From: Amoebophrya sp. A120
Taxonomy: Eukaryota; Protista; Dinoflagellata
Assembly: GCA_905178155.1 (NCBI GenBank)
Contig: CAJINV010000002.1
Span: 372,376 to 436,375, forward strand
Reading direction: 5' to 3'
DNA length: 64,000 nucleotides
The position numbers and the translations under genes are program-made. Under the pieces are notes generated by a model that saw nothing but the letters and a program-made list of their open reading frames with translations, searched no databases and was not told the origin of the DNA. Shown here in pieces: positions 49,448-60,965 of this stretch. Positions within the stretch are counted from its first letter, which is position 1, and each line of letters starts with the position of its first letter.

Positions 49448-51827
49448 TTTTTTGTTCTTTCGCTGTTAAAGGATGTGCTTGTACAGCGGGTGGTTCTGCT
49501 GGCAACTGCTGTATCTGCCTGCGCGGCGGATGAAATAAAAGCCCTTGTTGGCGCCGTGGGTTTCTTTCTCCGAATAAAATCTACCTCTTCCCGCGATTCT
49601 TTCTGTAGTAGTTACAGACGAAGAAAGGAAAAATCAAAATCTTCGCTTTTTTTATCCACCGACCTTCTTTCTTGGTAGTTGTACGAAGTGGCACAAGACA
49701 ATGGTACTGCACGCGGAAGGGGTAGAAGTTGATGATGTTACCGGATTTTTGAGCTAGTATCGGTGGACGCAACTATGCCTCCAAGTCCAAGGAAGCTGCT
49801 GCTACAACTTCCACCGTGAACAAATGAAGGTCGTCTCCGGAGATGAATCGACGGCTCGCGCGTCGCGGTAAAGAAGTTCTCGGAAAACACAAAGACGCGA
49901 CGGCGAGTAGATTCAAAAATCTTATACGTTTGTGTCGTGGTTCCTCGGTTGGACAGAGACAATAGAGGCAGACCTCCACGACGTTGATTTGAAATTACTG
50001 GCAGATGAAGGGCTTGTTGTCGTAAACAACTCGCAGCACTACACGTGTCCCTACAGTTGCTGTTGTTGTCGTTGTTGTACACGTGGAACTCTATGGTATC
50101 CTTTCTTCAGGTTTATCGTGAGAGAAGTACAACAACAAGCATAGAAGCAAATTAACAGTTGCATACAGAAACCCTCTTTATTAATGACCTTTTCTATTTG
50201 AAATATGCGCAGCTTTGATTTTGAACGAAGAAAGTAAAAAAGAAGTTGTCTGGTCGACCATGATCTATGTTTGCGCACCCAGATGATAGTACATTAGCGT
50301 ACTCTCGATAGTGTAACCGAATAAGTAATGATAAATCAAGTGATAGTGAAAATTTTTATAGCAGAAGTACAACCACCTCCGCACGCGCACCTTGATTGGA
50401 AGGCTAAAATGCGTCAACTCTTTGTGAAGATATCAGGAGGTCATATCGCATTACAACAACTAACTAGGTGTTTACTGTTCTTGTCTCCACAGCTAGCTTG
50501 CTTGTTCGACGAAATAATATAAACAATATCAGCGTGCCACGAAACTGTGAAGGTACATATACAAGAGCCTACCTTTTTTTTCAGAAGCGGCTGAGATTGC
50601 GAAACATGACGGAGATAAACCTGGCCTATTCCAGCTATTCTTCAATACTACCCATTTGTGAAGACGGAAGATTGCCGCGCTGTTTCAACATAGTGAAAAA
50701 TTGATCTCAGCTTGTTTCATCGGGCGCAGTGGTTTGTGATGAAATGTTGACAGCATCAGGAAAGAATGTTGCGCTGCAGGTAGAAAAAAGCTTCTTCATA
50801 GTTCTGGCTAAAGCCATACACATACACCCCAGCATGCAAACCTGAAGAAGTCATGTTTTGTCCGCGGCAGAACTGATAGTTCTTGGTATGTTTATGTCGT
50901 GCTCGTCGGAGAAGTGACTAGAAAAGTGTTCGTGAGTCACTGACGTGCACCACCAGCGTGCTTTGTCAGGAAAGGATCGTTCTTCTTTCGCACTAGAGGC
51001 AAAATTGAAGAAGAAGTTTGCTCGATTAGTGTTGATGGTGGAATTTGTTGTGAGTACAACAGCAAGTATTGGTGCGCCAGCCGTCGGCATCTGTACCTAC
51101 CTCTGCTGCTGGAGCACTGGCAGCTCTAGGTCTTCGTCTAGTCAAGATTGTTGGTCCAGTAACTACCTGGTGAACAGTGCTTGCTAAGTAGCGCAATTGC
51201 GTTTTGTTCACGGAGAAAACTTCTATACGCGAAATCTACAGGAACACATCGAGCATTTTTTGCAAATGCTTTTGGACCTCCTGAGCGCTGACACAAGCAC
51301 AACAGTTCTCGCAAAATTGGTCAAGTATCGTCAAGTTTCGCTTCGATTTTCTGTTTCGTCGGTTCTTCCAACTCATTGCATATATAAACAGCAAATATTT
51401 CTTGTACATAATGTTTTGCGTCGCTGATGTAGTAAGGAGTTTGTGCAAAACGTAAACAGCAGAAGCGGTCGCTCCAAAAAAATAAAGCCATTAAATTAGC
51501 GAAGAACTAAAAAGGGTCGCACTTACGCCCAGGGGTTTTAGTTCTCTTTTACTTTAGGTTCCGCTTTTTGTTTCATTTTCACCAGGTTCGTTTATATTTT
51601 TTTCATACTCGAAAGGGGGTCAGTTCATTTGAAGAGACGGTAATACTGGAATGAAATCAAGCTAAAGCTACATATTCGATGAATTCGGTTTAGCTACGTC
51701 TCGAACCGCAATAAACCAGGACAAGGTAAAACTTAGTTTCAGCAAAACGGCAGCTCCAGGCGTGCCGAAAATTTCTGTAAAAGAATGCCAGAACCAGTGA
51801 TGGAAGCAAGGAATAACTCTTATTCCT

Positions 51828-54800
51828 TCACTCCTGGTGAGGAGATTTGTTTCGCGACGCACTGGTATCGTCCACTCGACGCACAGCACGCGGCGGCCTC
51901 CTCTTCTCTTTCAGGTTGAACAGTTGATTGCCAGCGGAGGTCAGGGGCGGCGTGGCGGAACGACGATGGTGAAGAGCCGGAGGTGGGTCGGGGACGGTGT
52001 GGCCTAGTACCTGTGGTTTTCTCTTAATATCATCTACTTCGCCAGGCATTTCAATGCCACTTCCGCCTGCAGCCACACCTCCTTGTTCCGCTGCATCTAA
52101 AGTTGTTGTTGTATTCGAAGAAGTGCTAGTGCTTGCCGCCGGGACCGAGGCGGGTTGTACAACGACGCTGCTAGAGGATGAAGCACCTGCTCCTGCTGCT
52201 TGTCTTTCACTTTCTGCAACAGTTGCAGGGCCTTTACTACCCACCACCATGGCAGAGCCTTCCCCACCTTCTGTGCCTTTGATCTCACCAACATCCCGAA
52301 GATTCGCAGCCTTCGCCGCTCTCGCTAATCTTTTCTCCCTTCTCTGTTGGGGGTCTTTCAGGGTGAACAGATTCGTTGGCGGGGCGACTACTACCGGATC
52401 ATTCTCTGCAGGATCAAGAAGTTCTCCTCCACCAGAGCCTCCATCGCCCGACATCAAATGTGCAGGCTGTGCACCTTGGTGCGCCGCAGAAGATGAATTG
52501 TTGCCTGAGAGAAGTTCTTGTAGGTCCTGCAGCTGAGAAGCCCCTGCCGTTGCAGACGACGATGACGCACTGCCTGCGTCTTGTCCACCACCGCCCATCA
52601 TCCCCGGCTGTTGCAAAATCATGTGCAACTCGTAAAAGCTTTTCCCGTATTCCGCCCCGTCGTCTAACCGGTTAAACCGCGGCGCTGCCCACTGCGACTC
52701 CCAGCTTCTCGTCACGTGTTTCGGCTTTCTGATTCCCAGCTTCACTTGCTGATCGATTTCCAACAATTCTTCCGGGACAAATTGCTCCGATTTCTTCAGA
52801 ATCTCAATCAATTCCGTCGCCGCCTCTGGTATGTTCTCCCAGTACTCGAAAAACGTGATCGCGTAGCCTCGACCAAATTCCCCCCTCGCGGTCCGCCCAA
52901 TCCTGTGGATGTACTCGGAAGTTTGCTGGGGAAAATCGAACAAAACAACGTGGGTGATCCCCGAAATATCCACCCCCCGGGCGATGACATCTGTCGCGAT
53001 CAAAATTTTCGTCTCGCCGGACCGAAATTGGTTGATGCAGTTGTCGCGCCTTTCCTGCAAATCGCCACCGTGAATCGAATCCGTTTGGTACCCGTAGTCG
53101 TGGTAAAGAGTGTGGGCGATCTCCACAGCGGATTTCTGGGTGTTGACGAAAACTAAGACCTTGCACTCGTTCGGCAAGAGTTGGGAAGTTGTTGTGGCTG
53201 ATGTTGAAGTTGAAGTACTAGATGCTTCTGGACCGAATCCGGAGAATGCAACAGTTCCGCCACCGTCTGGCGTTTTTGCTTCCTTCACTCTAGTACTATC
53301 CGCGATTATTTTCCTTTGCTTGTTCACCCACGCCCGCTCCTCTTCATCCGGAACGGCGCTCATCCCTAACTGCCATGCGATCTCTTCCAGCCTTTTCCGC
53401 GACTTCCACTGCTTGTTCTCTATTTTCCGCTTCGTCTGCGCCCAGTGTGTATCCTGTGCAAAAGTATCGTACTCGTATTGCAGTGATGCATTACAAATCT
53501 CATTTTTAAGGTAAATCGGTATTACAAATCTTATTTCTCATGCTAAGAAAATTTGTCATGCATTTATACGAGTACGATACTTTTGCACTTCATAGTGTGG
53601 GTCGGTTCGCGATCTTTGGAAATCTTGCTCCCACTTGAAATTCGCATAAGCTTGCTTCATGCGCTGACACTCCTCCCAAGAGCGCATTTCCATGTTGTGG
53701 CAGTGATTATGTAGTTCATTGCCGTCCATTTTTCCGTTTCCTTTATTGCTCATCCAGCCTTTACCTTTTTGAATCGCGGCGTTGCTCTCCTCAGTGGCTT
53801 TCTCGTAAAACCGGATCCTTTTGTTTTCTTTGTCTTTGTTCTCCTTCTCACCTTCCTCCTGCTCCGATTCGTTCTTTTGATTATTCACGATATCTTCTCC
53901 AAAAAAAATCTCCCGCACGATCTCCTGTAGCTTTCCCACCTTCACGTAGTGCGTTTCCTGGTTGATCGCGTTGACCGCTCTTCTGATCTGCGATTTTTCG
54001 ATTTCGTCCTCTTTTTCCCTCTTCGCCTGGCTGAAGCTGTCGTAGTCATTTTTCTGTCTTTTCAAATTCCACTTGTTCATGATTTTCGTGGTCTCGTGCT
54101 GGATTCGGTGAAAGGTGTCGAAAACCTATCAAGGAAAAAAGTGTCAACGTTCACGTTGGCACTTTTGCACTCATGCATAACAAACTTTCTGTATCATGCA
54201 TGCTAAGCAATACAAACTTGGGCACTCCGTTTCTATATGCATATACTGCACGGCAAATTCCGTTCACGTTAACGCTTTTATTTCCTGTGATACAACCAAA
54301 ATCTCCTGTTCCACGGAATTCCGTGCCTGCAGGTCCAGCCTAATCCCCCCTTGTTGGATCGTGGAGGCCAGGGAGGAGGTTATGAACTGCAAAAGTATCG
54401 CACTCGTATAAATGCATTACAAATTTCCTCAGCATGAGAAATAAAATTTTTAATGCGGATTTAGCTTAACACAAGGATTTGTAATGCATGATTGCAACAC
54501 GAGTGCGATACTTTTGCACAGGATAGAGGTCATGGTTTGTTGATCTTGGCGGAGGTTGCTGTCTTGCGCTCTAGCTTCTGAAATGTAAAAATGTCTGGGT
54601 CTGGAAGATTGCCAGATTTGTCATGCAGTTTTTTCATGATCCAGGAAGCCCGGAATGCAGGACCTAGCATGACAGATTCTGTGCGATCTCTCTCATGCCT
54701 ATCCTGCATGAGAAACTGCCTCTCGATTTTTAGGTCAAAAGTGTACAACTTTTGGCAAGCATGCAACACAGTTTTTTGCCTGCTTCGGATTTAGCATGAC

Positions 54801-57800
54801 AAGTTGCATTCTTCCAGACCCAGACATTTTTGCATTTGATATGGCTAGAGCGATGTTCGAGGTGAATGGGGTTTGAGAAGAGGAAGGAAGAGCGCTTTGC
54901 TGGTGTTGAGCACCGGCTTGTCCTCCCGTACCTGCAGTGCTAGTAGAGTTATTTTCGATCCCTAACCCGAGTTTCGCGCGAAATTGGTTCATCAACAACT
55001 CCTCATCATCCAACTCGTCCCCTTCGCCGATCGTTTTCAGCGTCTGCCCAATCATGAGACACGCTTGCTTCCGATAGCACAGCGTCGAAGCGAGTTTCTG
55101 CACGTCTAGCGGCCAGGTCGCAGTGAAGAGCATGGTGCGTCTTTCTGTGCTGGTACAACGGGTGATCTGTTTCACTTGGCCGTCGAAGCCCATATCTAGC
55201 ATCCGGTCCGCTTCGTCTAGGACGAGGAAGGTGACTGTGCCGATATAACCCGCTCAAGTGTTGCAATCTTAAACGTTTACAATAGAATATGGAAATCTGT
55301 GATGCAAGAAGTGCATTATCTAGCCCGCTGTCATAGGATTACGCAAGACAAGTTTCGGAGCCCCAAAACGCACTAGAAATCTGGCGAAATTTGTATCGCT
55401 GAAGCGGGACGCTCTGGGAGTCTGCCATGCTCATTATGCAATACAAAATCCAGACGCTATTGTAACGCGGCTTGAGATTGTAACACCTGAGCGGGTCATA
55501 GCCGATTTCGTCCGCAACGTCGTCTTCGTGAGACAGGTAGTCGATAAGGCGACCTGAGAATCGACATTATCATGTTTTCTAAGCAAAATTTGTTTTTGTT
55601 GTAGTTGGGTGTTGAGCATGAGAAAAGTTTTTGGAGGAATGGGTGGTGTGCATCACAACTGGCGAGAAGTACTACATCAAACATCTGTACCTGGTGTCGC
55701 CACCCAAATGTTCGCTTTTGCCATCTGATCTGGTATGGAAACGAAAAAACTTCTATGTGAAACGGTATTTGAATTTGCCATGCCAACAACAGATGTGAAG
55801 TAAAATCGTGCGATTTGCTAACGTTATTTCATCAATTGCAAAGATGTCCGCAACTACACGACAAATTATACCGTTCTAAATTTTTTAAGCGCATTTTCTT
55901 GCTTCCATACTCAGCTGTCCCTCTTTCAATTCTCCACCCACCGCAATAGCCGTCTTCAAGCCAAAGGCATTTTTCCCGAACCCCACAACCCGATTCGCAA
56001 CGCCCTCGATCTGCTTTGCCAGTTCTCTGGTGGGAGCGAGAACGAGCATCTTCTGGTTGTCGAGAGTGCAGGTGTTCAGCTTCGGTCGAAGAACTTCTGT
56101 TGCGGAGGCAGAAGCTGCAGAGGCGGTTCGCTCTAAAGCTTGACTATCGCCTTCGACATTCTCGGCTGCAGTAGTCGACGCTGCGGTTACGTCGGTCGGA
56201 GGTTCCTTTTCCTTCTTTTTCTTGCTCTTCTTGCTTGTTTTCACAACCGTGGTCTTCAAAACCCCGCCTTCCTCACCGATCATGCTGTCGAGCAGATGTA
56301 GAATCCCGGGCACAAGAAACGCTAAAGTTTTCCCGCTCCCCGTTTTCGCAATCCCTATCACGTCGAATCTTTCCCGTAAGATCATCGCAATACCGTATTT
56401 CTGCACCGGTAAGAGCTTTTGGTACTGCCAGTTGGAGTTGATGTTCTGCAGTAAGTATCCTGTGCAAAAGTATCGTACTCGTATTGTAATCATGCATTAC
56501 AAATCCTGTTCTTCGGGCAAATTAGCATTACAAATTTTATTTCTCATGCTGAGGAAATTTGTGATGCATTTAAATTTATACGAGTACGAATACGATACTT
56601 TTGCAGTTCATAACAAAAAGCCGTATTCCGGTCTCTCCTCTAAATACCCATCGAACTTGGATTCCACATTGTGCCGGATATGGAGAGAAAAAAGTTTGTC
56701 ACAGTCACTAACTTGCGGGTTTTGCATTACAAATTTTTTTAGCATCACAGCTTTCCCCTGTATTGCAGAAACACTAGGGAAATCCCTAATGAAGTTTGGC
56801 TGTGATGCATTTTTATGCATGACAAACAATTTTGTATTGCAAAAATGCGCATGAGTGATCGGGACGAACTTTTTTTCTTTGATACCGAATCCAGTGTTTG
56901 TAGTACTTGTGCAGTTTTTATCGCAAGAAAAAACTGTTTCACTGTAAACTTGTAATGCAGAAAATGTATCTCGGAAGTCTTTGTCTTGCTACACATGCAA
57001 GACAGGCGATTTTTAGCTGTGTTTTCCCCTATAGGACAACCTCGCATGGCAAGTTTTCCCTGTCGTGTAGAGCAAACTTGTGATGCAAAACTTGCAAAAT
57101 CCTTACAGTGAAACACTTTTTTCGTACGATAGCTTTTTCTCCGAGACTTTATTCGAAGAGCTCGCTTGTTTGGTAGTTGTTCCGGTCGTTCCGGTTGTCG
57201 CGCTGTTGTCCAAGGTCTCTGTAGTTACTGGTACGAAATCCCCGGGCCAGTAAATTTGCACTTGGTCTTCCTTCATCTTTTTCTCCACACCAGTGGCGTC
57301 CTGCGGCTGCGGGAACCACTTCGCTTCGAACTTCTTGTGGCTTTTGCTAGAGGAGGATGAAGAGCTACTGCTGGTGTTGCTCCCGAATTTGGAGCTTTTC
57401 ATCGACGCTATACCGTTATAATTGTTCTCCGTCGAGCCTGCTGTTGTACTATCTGGGTTTTTGTAAAACCCCTCGTTCTCCATCTCCTCGTCGTCTTCTT
57501 GTTCTTCTAAAAGCAGATTTTTCGGCTGGTTTTTCATCAAGCTCGTCGTCGCGTTTGCAATCCGGGTTTCCCACCAGTTTGCTGTTGACTCGTCTTTTTT
57601 TTTAATGGCAGAAGAAGTAGAAGAAGAAGAAGCTTTTTTCTCTCTTTTCACCTTGATGTCTTTGATATGATTCTCCTTCGAAGTAGACGGTGCCGTGGTC
57701 TCCTTGTCTTTCGCGTGGTCAACAACAGCTTTTGAAGAAGAAGATGAGGAAGACTTTGACGTCGACTTCGGTTTTTTGGAAGATAGTTTCTCGGGGGGAA

Positions 57801-59122
57801 TTATAGGGGGCTGCTGCTCGTGCTCGCCTTCGTCTTGTGGCAGATGACGATGACCTGAAGCTCGCGCGGAGGCCTGTGCGGATGAAATAACCCCGTTCAT
57901 CTCGGGGGCACCAGACATGCTGCAAATACCAGGTGCGCGTTCTGACGTTTCCTCGTCTTGCTGTTGGCCTTTCACAACTTCCCTCGCAGGCTCTGCAGCT
58001 GGTGGTCCTGCTACTATATGCGCCTCCTTCTTATCGCTTACCATGGCCTTGCTCGACTTCGAAGATTTAGTCCCGTGTAGTAGCAAGTTCTTGTCACCAG
58101 ATCGAGCAGCTTCGGTCGAGTTCGTCTGGTTTAATTCAGGTTCGCCTCCTACCTCTGTCACTGGAGGCACCTGAACTTCGCCTTGTTCTTCCCCTTGGCC
58201 CTCATCCACTTTCACGCTCTTCGACGTTTTATTTTCCCGGAGCTTACTTCGCTTGCTGGCCTTCTTCTTCTCCCCGCCGGGTTTCTTCAGTCCGAAGAGC
58301 AATGAGCCCGAACTTGGCACAAAGGTTGCTTGTGCAGGAGAAACAGTACTAGCAGCAGTAGGAGGATCAGGATCTTCTAGTACGACAGGAGCTGCTGCTG
58401 TGCCTGTGCCTATGCCTACTTCGTGCATGTTGATCGAGGTGCTGGGAAGATTATCAGCGAAATCAGCTACAGCTGCCTGAACTGGAGCCGCGTCATGATA
58501 AACTGCGGGACCACCCGGAGGAACTTCTCCGTCAAAAGGAACAGAACTGCTGGCGCAGCTCCACCAAAGAGGGTCTTGACCACCGTCGCCACCACTGCCA
58601 CCTTCGCCAGCGGTCATCTCAACATTTTCGGCATGGAAAGGTGCGGAACCAGTGTTGAAAGATGCACCTCCAACTGCTCCCCAGCTGCCATCGCCCCAGG
58701 ACGAGCCGTCTCCCCAGCTGCCATCGCCCCAACTGCCATCGCCCCAACTGCCATTGCCCCAGGAGCCATCTGCCCAGCTATAGCCCGAAATAAAACCACC
58801 TGGAGCAGCTGCGCCTGGAAATTGTTCGCATGCTGGGGCGAAATAACTACAGCTACCCGATGAATTACTTGTGCCACCATCTGGGGGATATGCAGTGCAA
58901 AAGTATCGCACTCGAATAACAATAAATGCATTACAAATTTTCCTCAGCATGAGAAATAAAATTTGTAATGCGGATTTACCTCAAGAAAATGATTTGTAAT
59001 GCATGATTGCAATACGAGTACGATACTTTTGCAGAGGATAGGGGAGTTGCACCCGCTTCGGCGGCGGACAAACGTGGTCGTGGTACAACCTCGTTCATCT
59101 CGGTTTCTACACAACTTTTCAT
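51828..59122 (-). CDS. DEAD-box ATP-dependent RNA helicase (DDX5/Dbp2-like group); 9 introners plus 2 GT-AG introns
   Basis: Reconstructed motifs: Q motif (YQKLLPVQ), AKTGSGKT, LAPTRELA, GG, VATPGRLID, LVLDEADRMLDMGF, FTATWP, LVFVNT, IHGG, ATDVIARGVD, YIHRIGRTAR. GT-AG introns at 55730-55910 and 55554-55690; ATG at 59122. Confidence 0.93.
53450..53594. mobile_element. Introner family A (reverse orientation)
   Basis: DR GTGTG/GTGTG; joins RTDPH|WAQTK. Confidence 0.92.
54127..54292. mobile_element. Introner family H
   Basis: DR AAACC/CAACC; joins VEQEILV|FDTFH. Confidence 0.85.
54381..54525. mobile_element. Introner family A
   Basis: DR GAGGT/GAGGT. Confidence 0.92.
54577..54841. mobile_element. 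Introner family B
   Basis: DR TAGCT/TGGCT. Confidence 0.9.
55244..55500. mobile_element. Introner family J
   Basis: TIR TATAACCCGCTCAAGTGTTGCAATCT / AGATTGTAACACCTGAGCGGGTCATA; DR GCCGA/GCCGA; joins DEIG|TVTFLVLDEAD. Confidence 0.93.
55554..55690 (-). other. Canonical GT-AG intron
   Basis: CCAG|GTACAG..TTCTCAG|GTCGC; rebuilds helicase motif TPGR. Confidence 0.9.
55730..55910 (-). other. Canonical GT-AG intron
   Basis: CTGA|GTATGG..ATACCAG|ATCAG; gives GQLNQMAKANIWVATPG. Confidence 0.75.
56456..56612. mobile_element. Introner family A (reverse orientation, DR largely mismatched)
   Basis: Intact TIRs; flanks GTAAG/ACAAA; removing element plus 5 nt keeps the frame YGFL|LQNIN. Confidence 0.88.
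56679..56884. mobile_element. Introner, H-like
   Basis: TIR AGAAAAAAGTTTGTC / GACGAACTTTTTTTCT; DR CCGGA/CCGAA. Confidence 0.85.
56919..57131. mobile_element. Introner family H
   Basis: DR GTTTT/GCTTT. Confidence 0.88.
58889..59040. mobile_element. Introner family A
   Basis: DR GGGGA/GGGGA; removing 157 nt joins the ATG exon to the long exon. Confidence 0.92.
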
Positions 59123-59759
59123 GATCGCCGCACTAAAATAATTGTCACCTACTTTGGTTGTCGTAGTAGTCGCTTTATGTTTTTACGGTATTTATCTGTA
59201 CTAGTTGCGATAGTAGCCTCCTGCTGGTTAACACGCATGGAAAGAACGGATAAACGAGGAGAAGGAGAAATAGAACTAGACCTATCGGCTCTTGTAGTGA
59301 GGACTCTACTTCTACTATGGTCGTCGCTTGGCAAAATTTGGTAGTTCGACCTTCTGATACTTTCTTGCGGAAAATTTGAGAAAGAGGAAGTAGACGTGGA
59401 ATTTCTAACAACTCTAGTTATTGTCCTTGTCGCTGTGGTAACAAGCAAATGTTGGAAAGTCATCCTTCACTTTGCTGCTGCAGCAGTTCTCTTCTACAAC
59501 GATGTTCGACCTTGCGCAGCTCGCGGTGAGCCTCGTTTTTGGTGTACAAATCATGGTCGTGGACCTCGTTCAATATTCTGGAGAACTGCAGGTCGTCCTC
59601 GCACTGATTAATATGGTCGCGTGTAGTAGTTCTAGTTCTAGTTCTTACGAGAAGTAGTATTTTTGAAGCAAAGTTTTGAGCAACAAACTCCAAATTTCAT
59701 CTGCGCATCTTCAAGCTCGTACCATGTTGTTCTGTGTACACAGCGCAGCTGCACCAGCA

Positions 59760-60965
59760 TAGGGCCCGTGTAGCGCTGCGATAATAGCGAAGGCAGCGAC
59801 AATACAAGGCGCCTACCCAGACGGCGGCTGGAGGGGCACTGGTGCACTCAGCTTCACTGCAGTTTGGCCCCGGGCGAACCCCGGAGCAGGGCAGCTTCGC
59901 ACGCGACGGCGCCTACCAATAGCGCGCTTTGCGGAGCAAATACATGCTCGGGTTCGGAGGTGTTTTCTGTGAACCTCCAACAGACTTTCCCACGAGAGCC
60001 TCGGACCCTTATAGGAGACCCCTATAAGGGGGGGGTGTTAATAGTTGAGAATTAGTCCACCATACCATGGCGAACTAAGTTCGGGAACGCACCACATGAG
60101 GCCTTATAGCCGACCCCCCTTGGGCACCCCCGTAATAGTTGAGATTCTTGGACGGGAACTGTCGAGAATCAGCTCAATTCCCATTCGGATTCTGGCCCCG
60201 TTAGGCGTAGGTCTTCTGCTGCTTTCTGAGCTTGGGGCGCATCGCTTTCGTGGAGTTGTGTGGCTGAGCGGCATCTGTTTAGGCGCGGCGCATCGAGCTT
60301 TCTGATCCAGCCCCCGTTCCGGCCGTTCTGAATATAGGGCCGAATAGCCGCGCCAGGGAGCTTTCCTACCGCGCCGCACACCATCTCTCATGCCCCCGAC
60401 TAATGGAGTGGGCTTCAAATCGTGCGCCCCCCCATCAAGATTCGGCAGCCCAGGGCGTGTGGGCTTCGTTGCCTGCGCCCGGTGGTTTGGGGTGCAAAAG
60501 TGATTTGGTGGTCTGTTCTTTGGTATTTGGGCGCGCTTTTTTGCCGTCCTACTTGGGGTTGGCTCACGTGAGCAAGTTTGCCGACGCGTCGGCTCCAAGC
60601 AATATGGGCGAAGCAGCCTAAAACCCAGAGGAGCGGCGATGGCGGAAGCGCTATGGCAGTCTCATTGGCGCTCTTGCCATCGCGCTCGGCAGCTTGTTAG
60701 CGTGGTGGCGCTGGCACGCCTCGCGGTGGTGGGGAGTTTGGTCACATGGGCGCCCGCCCGGAAAAAAAAGGCTTCTTCCTTTAATCAAGAAGCAATGCGG
60801 CCGACAAGGAGAGGCGGGCGCCTCGGTACCCAACGTCCGGTGGGGATTGCGGCTCCTCCTTCAAGTTACTGAAAAAGTTGGGCTGTCGCGGTGACTTCTT
60901 CACAGAAAGAGCGCACACTAGTACAGGTCGCGCGATTTTTAAATTTAATTGTTGAGCCCGTCATA
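59760..60965. mobile_element. ~1.2 kb GC-rich insert flanked by a perfect 41-bp direct repeat
   Basis: GTACCATGTTGTTCTGTGTACACAGCGCAGCTGCACCAGCA at 59719-59759 and 60966-61006. Confidence 0.6.

Noticed and set aside
49600-51500. Possible additional minus-strand gene between the two large genes
   Set aside because: Only short fragments; no consistent exon chain could be built.
26341-59040. Recurring small ORFs containing YPVQKYRTR, CAKVSYS, MSGSG, PDPDIF or MKNAPTP as a protein family
   Set aside because: They are translations of the element TIRs in various frames, not genes.
188-59040. Terminal TA as a Tc1/mariner-type TA target duplication
   Set aside because: A separate variable 5-bp duplication lies outside the TA, and frame restoration needs both TAs removed, so TA belongs to the element.
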